Shown: one piece after another, positions 31,916 to 47,762 of the stretch
Position numbering within the stretch: the first letter of the stretch is position 1
How the letters are laid out: each line of letters begins with the position of its first letter
NCBI RefSeq assembly: GCF_009914755.1
Contig: NC_060928.1
Strand: one strand, 5' to 3'
DNA length: 64,000 nucleotides
Source: the human T2T-CHM13v2.0 reference genome, Homo sapiens
Notes under the pieces: generated by a model
The model's input: the letters and a program-made list of their open reading frames with translations, nothing else
Database searches by the model: none
What the model was told of the DNA's origin: nothing
Translations under genes and position numbers: made by a program

Positions 31916-32145
31916 TAAGTGCCATTCACACATGTTAACTGTTATAATGAAGAAAAACAGCCTTTCTGTCCATTCACCTCTACAGACTTATGAAAGGCAT
32001 AACACTTCGGGTTGCAGTTCTGAAAACCAATACTAACATCAAAGGCAGGAGGGATGCCCCCGGCCCCACTGGGGAGCTGCCCCTCCCACACTCTGAACTG
32101 CCTCTAGGTGCTTTCACCACGGGCCCTTTCTCCTCTACTTTCCAG

Positions 32146-32200
32146 TATGAGGTTGGTGCAAAAGTAATGGCAAAAACCGTGATTATTTTTGCATCTAATA
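32146..32200. mobile_element. Made1 mariner MITE, internally deleted
   Basis: AGGTTGGTGCAAAAGTAATGGCAAAAACCGTGATTATTTTTGCATCTAATA, with Hsmar1-type TIRs. Confidence 0.85.
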
Positions 32201-32527
32201 GTGACTGTGGCCACTCCCTGCAAGCGCTCCTGCGTCCCACCTCCTACAGGGCTTCCTAACCCAGCCCTTCACAGCATGAGGCCCCCACAGCTCCTTCCCT
32301 GTCCCTGCCCCTCCCTGCTGATCCACAGCCCCCTGCACGGTCCACCTGGCCTCAGAAAAGAATGAGCAAAGAAAATACTTTCTGAAGGCATCCAGGGCTA
32401 GAGTCAGGATGCTGTGGTCCCACCAGTGGCCAGCCCTGGGGTCACTGTCTGAGCCTCCACTTACAGCAACACCAATGGCCACTACGGACATGATGGTGAC
32501 GTGCTTCCATTAAAAGCACCAAGAAGG

Positions 32528-32884
<357 letters not shown>

Positions 32885-35059
32885 TCATTTTCCGTTACAA
32901 GGGTCAGTGTGCTCCGTGGGGCAACATCTGAGGCCCGGAGTCAGGGAGCCCCACTTCTGAGTCCCCCAGTGTCCTGAGACTTGGCTCCCTCTGCGGTGTT
33001 CACGTAGACCTCACCCTGTGTGGTGCCCGTGCAGCAAAGATGAGATAACCCGAGGCAGAAGCGGGAGGTTAAGTGCTGATATTTCCTTACGTGGCCCTCA
33101 TTCCCCTTATCCAGACAAAAGAAGTGAGTACAGGGGCTAAGCGACTTGCCCAACGTCACACTGTCAGTAGGGTGGGAGCTGGTCCTCAACACAGTTCCAC
33201 TGACCTAGCCTGGTCCCTCATACCTCTCAGCCCACCACAATGGTGGCCACTGCTCTGATCATTAGTTTCATCGTTAGCTAAAGAAGGACCCCAAATGTGG
33301 GCGTGGGAGTTTGCTCTGTGACAAGGCTAAATGAATAAATATTCTCATAGCTTCTTCACCATCATCACCCCTCATAAATCGGCTACCTTTGCTCAGAGAC
33401 CACACCTCTGATCCCCACACCAACCTAGCCAAAGAGATGCCACTGCCCCCTTTTATACAGGAAATGGAGGCTCAGAGAGGTTAATCTTCTTACCCAAGAT
33501 CACACAATGACAAGGGATAAACTACAGGCAAGTCCAACTTCAGAAGCCCTGCAGGTTGATCCCGTCGCCACTATGGGGAGAGGAGTGACCCAGCAGAACT
33601 GGGACACACTGCAGTCATCCTCAGACTCCCCAAGGGAAGCCCCCATTTAGTTAGAAAGCCCAGCAGGGAGGCACTTGCCCAGTCACAGCTAAGTGAGGCA
33701 GGGCCTGAATGGGAACCCTGGCAGTCTGGCTCAGAGCCTGAAGAGACACAAGGTCCCACCCTCGAGGAGTTAAACAGATAGCCATAGCCTGCAGTGGCAA
33801 TTGCTGCTGGCTTAAGCATTAGAAATTGTTCCCTCTGCCACTTGTCCCACAGCCCAATCCACCCTTACACACCAAGAGAGTGGGGCCACGGTCCTGCCAC
33901 TTCCTCGTGCAGCCTTCCTGGCCGGGCCGCCTGTCCCCCTCTCTCCCTGCACATGACTCTCTGACAGCACGGGCAGTGTCTGTGTGGTCACCTCCCCAGG
34001 AAAACAGAGCCCCCACCAAAGTGGGACCATCTCTCAGGCCACCTCACTGTGTCCCGTGTCCCCAGTCTCTAGTGGGCAAGATCTGCTTAAGGAAAAACTA
34101 CACAAACAAATATCACACTGTATGTGTATAAAAAGTTCTGAGAACACAAATGAGAGAAGCACACAATCTTTCCGGCAGAGTCTGGGAAAATCACACTGAT
34201 GGAACCTAAGAGCTGGGCTTAATCATGAATCGTTCTCCACATACTCAAGGGAGGGGAGCATTGTTTTAGACAGGGGGGAAAAAGAAGCATGTGGGGGAGA
34301 AACCCAAGTGTGAAGACATGTCTACGCAACACAGAGGCAGCAGGCGTGGCTGAGACATCGTGGCAGGGAGAGGGGAGAGATGGGCTGGGGAAGCCAGGAT
34401 GTGAGGAACTGGTGAGGTCGTGGGGGCGGTGGGAGTCATGGGTGGTTTGTGAAGGAGGAAAATGCCAGTCATCTCATGCATTGGGTCCACACTGTGAGCC
34501 TTTGGGAGCTGCTTACTGCAAAAAGACTACAGATAAGAATTACCCCAGACTCCAGAGCAGAGATGTTCAGCATTACAGACCGGTACACACCTCAACAGCA
34601 ACAAAAATCTTGCAACAAGCCACAAGCCTCCACTGTGCGCTACAACATCAGTCTCTGCAGAGCTGCAGGTCTCCAGGAGGGTGGAAATGCCCTGCTAGGA
34701 AAGGATTCTAATTCCCCCACTCTATCCCCGAATGTGTCCCTCCTCCTTGCCCATCCCAGCTAGTGGAGCCACCACCCACCAGCCCAGGGTGCTACAGGAA
34801 GGGCCAGCTCCTCCCATGGCCTCGCCCTCCACACCAGCGGGTTGCTCTGACTTAGGGGGGATGGCCCTGCTATGCCCAACATTCACTGTGGGTGGAGCCC
34901 TGGGAGAGGGGCTGAGGCTGCCCCTGCCCTCCTCCCCACCTCCTCCTCTGCTCTGGAAGGCAGAGGCCATCAGATGGTAACAGCATCCTGGGACAGCGCC
35001 ACGTTCCAGGAAAGCTCAGGAGGGGCAAGGGGATCTCCCTGACTACAAGGAGCTGGCCA

Positions 35060-37060
35060 GCTGAAGTTAGGGCGTTCGCGGAGAGAGCACAGCACTGGCA
35101 AAGGCCAAGGACAGTGTGCCTGCGAGTGTGCGCAGATGGGGCGGGCGGCGGAGGAGGGCTGGCGGTTAGATACAGTATCGCTGGAGCTCAGAGAGCCGGG
35201 CAGAGGCTGGCGGAGAGCCGAGGCTGGCCCAGCCTTCAGGAGACCGGCGAGCTGGGGTGTGTGGGAGCGGGATGCTTCTAAGGCGAAAAGAAGCGCCAGC
35301 CTCGTAAGCGGCCTCTATCTGGGCTGCCCAGGCCGGATGCTCAGGAGCCCACAGCAGGGGGGATGGAGCGAAGGACCGAGGGGCTGGGAGGCGAGGCCGC
35401 AGCGCACTGACGCAGGCCAGCGAGGCCGCTGGCCCCGACGCAGGGCGCCCGGCAAGGTGTCTGGCACCACGAGAGTCAATCCTTGCGCGCCATCTCCGGA
35501 GGCCAGTGCGCCCAGGGCGCGCCGGCCCGGCAGGAGGGTGGGTGCCAGCCTTTCTTCCCATCTCTCGAGCCTCCTCCCCGGCGCCCACGTGGGCGGAGCA
35601 GCGCGAGGGTGTGCGTGGCAGGGGCCGCGGCGGCGTGTGCCGTGCGTGGGGTGGGGTGCGGGCTGGGCGGCCTCGCCTTCGGGCCCCGCGCCGCCGGGGC
35701 GCGGCCCCCAGCTCCATCTTCTTTGCCACCTGGGCGGAGATCTGGGGGACTGTGACCTACCCTGCGGAAGACACGGAGGGGACGGGCCGGCCACACCCCC
35801 CGCGCCACTCCGGCAGGCACCGGGTGGGTCCCCCTCCCGCTCCTTGGCTTGAGGGCGGAATCCGGAGAAGAGTGGAAATAGGGGTGGCGTGAAGGAGAGC
35901 TGGGGGCTGGGGGCGGGACCGGGAGGGGGTGTTGGGGGAAGCGACGCAGCGGCTGGGAGATTTTGCAAGGGGGTCTGAAGAGGAGTGGGGGATGGGTATG
36001 GAAGGGTGGGGGACCACTGAGGTGGGATGCGAGAGTGGAAGGGGGACCCAGAGGGGGCGCGATGGCCGGAGGAGGGGGAGATGGACGATGGGGCGGGGCG
36101 GCACCGGTCGCCGCGTCCCTTGCCGCCAGGTCCGCCCCTCGGTCGCCGGGTCCACGGGTTCCCTCTGGCCAGCGCTCGCCTCCCGCCCCCCGGCGCACCT
36201 GTACCCACCTGCTCGGCGCTCAGGCCCGAGCCGGGCAGCAGCAGCGGACGTAGCGAGCGCAGCCCCGCGCCGCATCCTCCGGCCGCCCCCTCCCCGCTGC
36301 GAGCTTACGCCGCTGTCGCCGCCGCCACCGCCTTAAAAAGGACAAAACGGAACAGAAAATGAATGCATGCACAAAAAAAATCGTAAAAAGCAATTGAGGA
36401 GGATGGCAGTCGCGCGCGCGGCTCGGCGGGGCGGGAGTCGAGAGGCCGCGGCACTGGTGGCCGCGATCCGGGCAGGCGGCCGGCGCGTGCCGCACGCGGG
36501 TGGCTGCAGCTCCCTCGGTCGCCCGCGCCCGGCTCAGGCACGGCACCGCCCCTCCCCCCGGGGAGCCCCTCCGATTGGTCTGTCTTCCTGCCAGTCAGGC
36601 AGGAGGGCGCGGCGCCCGCCCCGCCCCGCCCCCGCCCCCGCCCCGGGCAGATGCCGGGAGCTCTCCTGCCGCCGTGGGAGGGGGAGCTGAGCTGCCGGAG
36701 CGTGCGCACTGGGCCAGCGGGCGGCCGGGGCAGGGCTGGGGTCCCGGCGCTGAGCGCCCCCAGCCGCGCCGGGCAGCCTGGCGCCTCGCTGAGTCGGAGC
36801 AACCCCCGGCAGGAGCTTTCAGGCTCTGGTCAAGCCTCGGGACCCGGGAAGCTATCCCTGCCCTCGGGGGCTCGAGCCTGGAGTGGGGCTTGCAGGTAAA
36901 GCGGGGCTGGGGCCGTCCTGGCCGTCAGTGGTCAGGAAGACGCAGCGACCCCGGAGATCCATGTCCCCCTCTGTACGCATGAGAGGTCTGAAGGTCAGAG
37001 GTTAAAGCGCACGCTAACGGCGGCAGAGCCAGCAAGCGGCAGGGCTGGGCGGATGCCAGC
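35060..37060. promoter_or_regulatory. CpG-island promoter, probably bidirectional
   Basis: Very high GC and CpG density; tandem GC boxes at 36614-36646; CCAAT on the minus strand (ATTGG, 36574-36578). Confidence 0.92.
36209..36500 (-). other. JAKMIP1: Non-coding first exon (5' UTR), probably JAKMIP1 exon 1; TSS end approximate
   Basis: Minus strand reads ...GCGACTGCCATCCTCCTCAATTGCTTTTTACG...CTGAGCGCCGAGCAG|GTGGGT, a donor inside the CpG island, with no credible coding exon in the next 36 kb. The gene name rests on my recall of the JAKMIP1 5' UTR and its long first intron; not verified by search. Confidence 0.6.
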
Positions 37061-38144
37061 CTAGGGAGCCTCCCCCCACCAGCCCAGGCTGCCCCCAGCA
37101 AAGCCACATCAGCAGGTCATAGCCAAATGAAAGATGTGCTGTCGAGCTGAGACTTGGGAGGGGCAGGACTCAGCTGGGCAAACACTCATTCATTCAGTGT
37201 CATTAGACAAATATTTATTGAGCACTTGCTGTGTGCCAGGTAGTCACTAAGATGTGGGGACACCACAGTGAACAGCAGAGAGGAAGCGGCTGCCCACCAC
37301 AGCTTACTTTCTAGCAAGGAGAAGGCAGGGAAGAGCACCCACCAAAGGGAGCAGCATGGGGGAACACCCTGACTGCTGTGAACGGGACATGTTTGAGAAT
37401 CTGATAAAAGTATCTGGGCCACAGAATGGTGAGAGGGAGTGTGTGGAAGATGGGGGGCGGGGGCACAGAGGGGCAGCACTTGCAAGGTCTTGCAGGCTGG
37501 CGAGAGTTTGGAGACTGTCTCACCTGGAAGGTGGTCCCATGGACCATTGTCAGATTGATATTTTTTAAAGTGCATCAGTCAGGATAAGCTATGTTAGCCA
37601 CAGTAACAACCAAACCCAAATCTCCCTGGTGTGTCTTGCCCACATCATACATCCTGCCTCGGTCAATGGGGCTCTGTTCATCAGAGTGGTTGGGAGCCCA
37701 AGCTGCTGGGGCTGTCTGCCAGCCGAGCACCCACATGGTGCAGCAATGTGAATGAAAGGTGACAATTATGCTGGCTTTGAAGGCTTCCGCCCCGAAGGGA
37801 CTCTCGTCACTTCTGCTCACGTTTCATTGGCCAGAGCAGGTCACATGGCCATGCCTAACTTCAGAAGAGGAGGAAGTGCAGACCTCTAAGGTTCAGGGGG
37901 TCAGGAGGAACTAGGATATCTGTGAGCAGATGTGAGACTATCTTTAGCAGATGCCCTGGCTGCCCTTGGGGCATGGGCTGAAGTAGTCAAGAGTGGGGAC
38001 AAGGAGGCAGTGTGGGGGCCTCCTCCACGCTGATACAGTGAAGTATCAGCGCATCAGAGCAATCTGGGTGCAGAATTGGCAGGACATGCTCACGGCTTGG
38101 ACGTGGACAGGAGGGAGGGAGGGACAATCAGGGACAATGCCCAG

Positions 38145-38610
38145 GTATCCTGGGATGAATTGTGTTCCCCCCACCCACCCCCTCAAAAAAAAAAACTCGT
38201 ATGTTGAAGTGCTCACTCCCAGGACCTCAGAATATGACCTTACTTGGAAATAGGGTCGTTGTAGATGTAATTAGCTAAGATGAGGTCACAATGGAGTAGG
38301 TTGGATCCCTAATCCAGTCTGCCTTCTATCCTTATAAAAGGGGGAAATTGGATACAGAGACACAAGCAACGGGAGCATGCCGTGTGAACATGAAGGTAGA
38401 GATCAGGTCGAGGCATCAGCTAGCCAAGGAAATGCCAAAGATGGGAGCAAACCCCCGGAAGCCATGAGAGCGGCCTGGGACAGATCCTTCCCCAGGGCTT
38501 CATAGGGAGCGTGGACCAGCTGACACCTGATTTCAGACTTCTAGCTTACAGAAGTGAGACAGTGCATTTCTGTTGTTTAAAAAGCCCAGCTGGTGGTACT
38601 TCGATACATG
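38145..38610 (+). mobile_element. MLT1 (B/C-like) MaLR LTR
   Basis: GAATTGTGTTCCCCC...GTATGTTGAAGT...GGAAATAGGGTC...TTTCAGACTTCTAGC. Confidence 0.85.
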
Positions 38611-38673
38611 TGTGTAGATTAAGGGTTATGTCTGGCTGTGAGTAATCGGGATCACAACTAGACAGCGGCTTAA

Positions 38674-39298
<625 letters not shown>

Positions 39299-39384
39299 TG
39301 AAGGTACATTGCTGCCTGAAACAAAGTCAGGGTTCCATTAGTGAGGAAAAGAAGAAGAATGACTTTTGAACAGGCAACTATTGG

Positions 39385-40500
39385 TTAGTAGATCCAGGTT
39401 TTGTAAAACCTGGAGCCGCTACAGTCCCCCTTAGGAAGAAGAATTTAAAAACCCCAGTACAAGACTTGGTACAAAAATGAAAACTTATTTAGAATAATAA
39501 CAAATCACAACAAATTTTAAAATATTTTAAGTTGACAAATATCAAAAACGTTGCGAAAACATTATAAAACTAATATAAAATTGTATTAATTGGATACCTG
39601 ATATCCACCTTTATAATATCTTCTTTTTTTTACATTTTTTGCTTCTTCGTCATTTTTGATTACCTCTTTGGAAGCCAATGATTTTATAATATTTTTCCTG
39701 TGGAGAAAATAGATAATTCAGAGTACTCCTATAATGATGGGAACAAATTTTAATGTTGGTTGGAAAACTTTGTCAGCCTCATAACTCATTATTGGTAATC
39801 TCAGGTAGTTTTTTGAGATTGTTTTCAAATTTGGAGAAAGGTCTATCATTCTTTCATAAATGAATGCTAACACTTGGAAGAATTCTATTTCTTCCAGGCT
39901 TCTTACTGGGATTTTATTAATTTTCATGATGAAAAGCAACTGAACAATTGCAAACCAGAACATGACTCGACTAACACCTCCTAAACCTCAGTGCTGGCGC
40001 CCATCACCTGGAGAGGCATAGGAGAAATGCAGATGCCCAGGCTCCTCCACATCCCACTGAATTGAAGCCTCAGAGTAGCAGGGTCTAGGAATCAGCATTT
40101 TACTAAATGCCCCAGGTGACTCCTGCTGAGCAGTCCTGGGCTATGCGACACCCCCAGTTGCCTTGTGACTCTGAGGGTCTGCAAATCCAGACCTCTCCTA
40201 TTGGAAGAATGACATTTTCAACCCTTATGTCTCTTCCTCTGCCCATAGACTCCTGGTGCCAGGCACCATAGCACACATTGCCAGTGCCATGGCAAGGAGG
40301 GCACTCCTGGGAGCCATTAGCCTGTTCAGGGAGCAACAACTCGACCCACACAGACTGGCTCAGACCTACATAAACACACCCCACTAGACCCAAACCAAGG
40401 CATCCCCAACTCAATCCCCCTTCAGCTACATCCCCAAAATGCCCTTGGCCTCCGCAGCAGCTCCGAAGTGGGAGGAAGCATGATGAGGGCGGCATAGGGA
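39385..40500. mobile_element. Ancient hAT-Tip100-like DNA transposon remnant (Zaphod/MER115-like) with a nested MER5-like MITE (~39990-40140)
   Basis: Starts with AGATCCAGGTTTTGT; AT-rich body; MER5-like AATGCAGATGCCCAGGCTCC...GGAATCAGCATTTTA. Subfamily from recall only. Confidence 0.45.
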
Positions 40501-40512
40501 AAGAGACAGAGG

Positions 40513-40875
40513 GTATTATGGGTTGGATTGTGTCCTCCAGAACTTGAGTGCTGAAGCCCTAACCCCCAGGAGCTCAGAATGTGACTGTATTTGGTGATAG
40601 GACCTTTAAAGAGGTCACTGAGCTTAAATGAGGTCTTTAGGGTGGGACCTAATGCAATATGCCTGGTGTCCTTATAAGAAGAGATTAAGACACAGAAGGA
40701 AGCCCCTGTGGAGACACAGTGAGAAGATGGCCATCTGCAAGCCAAGGAGAGGGGACTTGGAGGAAACCAACACCTTGGTCTCAGACTTGAAGCCTCCTGA
40801 ACTGTGAAAAATAAGTTTCTGTTGTTAAAGCTCTTCAGTCTGTGGAACCCTGTCTTGGAAACCCTGGCAGCCAGC
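40513..40875 (+). mobile_element. MLT1 MaLR LTR
   Basis: TATTATGGGTTGGATTGTGTCC...GAATGTGACTGTATTTGG...GGTGTCCTTATAAGAAGAG. Confidence 0.85.
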
Positions 40876-41564
40876 TTAGCCAGTTACAGCTAAAATATCT
40901 TGCTTTTGGAAAGTATTTCCAAACACAAGGCCACATGAACCCAGAGCTCTGGCTCTCCCAGGCCTTGGAAGGGTCTGTACTTAGCTTCACAAGGAATTCA
41001 CCCCCGCTGCCACCACATGGTCACTACATAACCCTCAGGACGACCTATGGGGCAGGGGGTCAGGTACCACCAAGATCTCCCTATTAGGGACGAGAGGTTG
41101 GGGCCCAGGGGCTCACTCACAGCAAGCAGCATGGAAGCCACGAGTCTTCCGAAGCCAAAGCTGCTTTCCCCGCCCCGTGTGCCCTGAGCCCACAAGTGGT
41201 AGGGAGGAAGTGCCCTGAGCCCTGGAAGTGGTAGAGAGGCAGGTTTCAGCTCCCTATAAAGACAAACATTCTCATCAGAGGGGCTCCTCTCTGGGAAGCT
41301 GTGAGCACCCAACACCTGTGATGGGCTGGTCACTTGCAAAGATGGTGGAAAGAAACTTCAGTTCCTGCTGCTCTTGCAGAGTAGAGTGTGGTCACCACCA
41401 CCACTGCAGGGCTGGGCTGCTGGGATTAAATTCCAGCTGTGTCAGGTACCCATGGTGACCTTAGGCAAGTAAGTGAACCTTTAGTTTCCTTATCTGTAAG
41501 ATTAATCTTTTAATCATAATAACTGCATAGGTTTGGGTGGGGATTCAGTGAGTGAATATATGTG

Positions 41565-41975
41565 ACTCTGGGTTTGTTTCCTGGGCTGCCCTAATACAGT
41601 ATCACAGACTGGGAGGCCTGAAACAACAGACATTTATTTTCTCACAGTTATGCCTGGCCAGAGTCCACAGTCAGGGTGTTGGCAGGGCTGTGCTTCCCCT
41701 AGAGGCTCTAGGAGAGGATCCTTCTTGGCCTCTTCCAGCTCCCGGTGGCTCCAGGACTTCCTTGGCTTGCGGCCGCATGACTCCAGTCTCTGCCTCTGTA
41801 TTACACGGCTTCCTCCTCTTTGTGTGAGTGTCTTTTATAAGGATGTCATTGGATGGAGGACTCACCCAGATAACCCAGGAGGATCTCTTCTCAAGCTCCC
41901 TAACTTAATCATACCTGCAAAGACTCTTTTTCCAAATGAGTTCCCATATCACAGTTTCCAGGATGTGGACATACC
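41565..41975 (-). mobile_element. MLT1 MaLR LTR
   Basis: AAACAACAGACATTTATTTTCTCACAGTT...CAGGGTGTTGGCAGGGCTGTGCTTCC. Confidence 0.8.
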
Positions 41976-42491
41976 TTTAGTTATTATGAATTATATGGTT
42001 ATTTATCTACAGCTGTGATAATTCTAAAGGAGGAAGAGAAGTTGGTAGGAGACCATGTAACATGGAGATTGGCTTGGTCTGAGGGGCAGAGTCTTCCTTG
42101 AGGTGGTTAGCTTGAGTATTAGCTAGCTAGAAGAAGAGGAACAGAAACAATGTCCCAGGGCCAGTGAACAGCAGCATGAAGGCCCAGAGTTAGGATTTGA
42201 CCTTCCACTTGAAAGGGAGCCACTGGGGGCTCTTGGGGCAGGGCGAGAGTGGCAGGATTAAAGGAGGCCTGTGAGCACGTGTGGAAGAGCAGCCTGACCT
42301 CACCAGCCCCGTGGAAGATCCCACCAAGACCGGTGCACATCTACTGTGCTGGCACTCTGCCTAGGCACCAGGAACACAGCAGGGAAACAGCTGTTTGTGC
42401 CCCCAAGGGCTCATGGGCCAGTGGGAGAGACAGAAGAGTACCTGGATCATTCTGATGGGGTAGCCCTGGGCTATAAAAGTGCAGAGGAAGG

Positions 42492-42810
42492 GGCCAGGTG
42501 CAGTGTCGCATGTCTATAATCCTAGTGCTTTGGGAGGCTGAGGCAGAAGGATCCCTTCAAACCAGGAGTTCAAGCCAGCCTGGGCAGCATAGCAAGACCT
42601 TGTCTCTACAAAAAAAAAAAAAAATTACAATTAATTAGCCAGATGTGGTGGTAAGTGCCTGTACTCTTAGCTATTTGGAAGGAGGTTGAGGTGGGAAATT
42701 CACTTGAGGCCAGGCCAGGAGTTCAACGCTGCAGTGAGTTAGGATCATGCGACTGTACTCCAATATGGGCAACAGAGTGAGACCGTGGCAAAAAAAAAAA
42801 AAAAAAAAAA
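42492..42810 (+). mobile_element. Alu (J-like)
   Basis: Diverged Alu dimer with A tail. Confidence 0.9.
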
Positions 42811-43360
42811 TTGCAGAATAAGGACTGCTTAGGGAGTCCAGAGAGGCTTCCTAGAGGAGAAAACCCTTGAGCTGAGGTCAGACAATGAGAGCAGAAGCCA
42901 TGCAGAGGGACCAGCATGTGCAAAGGGCTGGAAGCACGAGGACCATGCCATGAATTTCCCACCTGCGTCCCCGAGAGGGCAGACAAGGTTGGAGAGTCTG
43001 GCAAAGTCAGATCATGGGCAGCCCTGAAGGCCACACTGGAACATCTGCTGATGTGTGAATTTTGAACAGGGCACTGCACACTGAAGCTGGTGCAGCCTTT
43101 GCATGGAGGCTGATGGGAAGGTGGACACTAGAGGCTTTTGAACTGATCCAGATGAGGGAGGTCAAGGGCCAGAGCCAGGGCAGTTTGAGCCACAGTCCCA
43201 GAAGGACAGGCCAGGACTCTTTAAGTGGCGTTACTCTCCCCTCCACTGGGTGGTTGAAACTGATCCCCCTTGTAAGTCCTGCCTTCTGGGCAGTGGGCTG
43301 TGCTTCCAGGGCAAGAGGGAGGATGGCAATGATACTGAGAGCAAACATGGCCAAGCTTGA

Positions 43361-43705
<345 letters not shown>

Positions 43706-43921
43706 TCCAAGTCTTAGTCCTCACAACAGCCCTAGTTGGAGAGCTTGCTCAAGATCACACAACCAGTAGAGCCAGGGCTAGAGCCCAGACAGCCTGGCTC
43801 CAGGGGTAAATAAAAACTCATATTGTTAATAGCAATAACGTTGACTGAGCACATGCTGTGTGCCAGGTACTGGGCTGAGGTCCATATATATTAACTCATT
43901 TTAATCCCCACCCTACCCTTA

Positions 43922-44258
<337 letters not shown>

Positions 44259-44929
44259 TCAATAACTTGCCAAAGTTTACCCAGCCGGAAAGTGGTAGAG
44301 CCAGGATTCACACCAGTCAGCCCAGCTCGCAATATCTACTCCCCTCCTTTCATCTCCTATGCAGGAGGGACCCACTTCTGTGCTTCCGGGAAAGCTCCAG
44401 GCAAGCCCCTGAGGCAGAGGGACCCAGAAAAGCCAGGGCTAGGGGAGGAATAGGGAGTACCAGGCTTTGTTGTTGGCTCAGCATAAATTAGCTGTGTCCC
44501 TAGGACGAGTTCCTTCACCTCTCTGAGCCTCAGACTTCTCTCTGTCAAATAGAGATGGTGCCACACCCCACGCCTGCCAGGAAGTCTGGGACTGGAATCC
44601 TGCTTCCACCGCTCACTCCCTGCATCACCTGGAGCCCCCGCTCCCTCATCTGAGCACTGAAAGGAACAGAACCTACTTCATAGGCTACTTAGGCTGTTTC
44701 AGAAGATGACACTCATGGCGCACCTAAAACAGAGTTTGGCACATCCAATGTGCTCAGTTGGTGAACACTGCCAGCCTTCATGGCAGAGAATCTTCCCTCC
44801 TTCCATCCCTGCGCTAGTTCCATGTTCCAGAGGAGATAGAGGGAGCATAGGTAACTTGGCCATGTTCACTCACACAAAAAGTATCGGAAAACCACACCAA
44901 GTTCATATTCTCCATCAGTTCACTTTCAA

Positions 44930-45920
<991 letters not shown>

Positions 45921-46609
45921 TCAATGAAAACAGCTTTCTGTGGGCTCTTTCTGTTTCCATGAATAATACATGTCATTGTAAAGAATTCAAACAGTACAGG
46001 CAGATATAAAGAAGAAACCAAAGGTCACCTTGAATCTTGCTAGCCAAGGGTAATCCCGCGAACACTCAGGTGACCCTCCCTTCGTGCTTCTGCTCATGAG
46101 CAGATACATGTGTGTAATTTTCCAGGAATGCGCTTATTTTATGCATGATGTTTTTATTATGGATACTTCCTCCTCCCCCTCCCATATCATATCCCCCACC
46201 AAATAGCTCATGTTAACAACCTAGCTTGTTTTATTTCACATTTTTTATATTTTTCTCCATAAGAATAAATAACTACATTCATATATACATACATACATAT
46301 GGGGGGTTGGGGGTCATTGTTTTACAAAACGAATTCATGATAATCACATTTTCTGCTTCTCACTTTTCACACTCATCAACACCTCGTGCAAATTCCTGCC
46401 AGCATCTGGGGAAATCTCTAGACTGACAGGCTGAGGCCATCCCACAGTTCACAGAGCCTTTTCCTATGGGTTAATGTCCCTTTGTCATTACCAACCGACA
46501 GCCATGGGCGCTAAATATTCTTACACAAACCCTCAGATAGCAGGACTACTTTTATTTCTATGGGATGGATTCCCAGGAGTGGAATGGCTGGTTGGAAGGT
46601 CTAAACTTT

Positions 46610-46946
<337 letters not shown>

Positions 46947-47087
46947 TAAATTAGCAAATAATAATTGTCCATATTCAGGAGGTACATAGTGATTTTGTGA
47001 TACATATAATGTGCAGTGATCAGATCATGGCAATTAGCATAGCCATCATCTCAGATGTTTATCATTTCTTTGTGTTGGGACCATTCA

Positions 47088-47447
<360 letters not shown>

Positions 47448-47623
47448 TTACCTTCCCAAGACTCTAACACACACCCTTCTGCTTCAATGTATTTCCTGCA
47501 TTGCCAACCTCAACCCACGCTGCAGCATGTGTAAATGTTGTCACTCTGATGGGTGCAAAGTGATGTGTCCTTGTTATTTTAATTTGCGTTTCTCTGTCCA
47601 TTGGTGGATTTGAGCACCTGGTT

Positions 47624-47630
47624 TTATATA

Positions 47631-47684
<54 letters not shown>

Positions 47685-47762
47685 CACACACACACACACA
47701 CACACACATTATGTATATATTGCATATATATACACACACACACACATATATATATATATATG
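47624..47762. repeat. Compound (TA)n/(CA)n microsatellite
   Basis: Directly visible. Confidence 0.95.

Noticed and set aside
35136-36982. Many 100-300 aa Arg/Pro/Gly/Ala-rich ORFs in the main CpG island
   Set aside because: Stop-codon depletion in GC-rich DNA; they overlap in all frames, many start at non-ATG codons, and none resembles a known protein.
42468-42480. Perfect TATA box GGGCTATAAAAG
   Set aside because: Isolated in old repeat-derived sequence immediately before an Alu, with no other promoter features; expected by chance.
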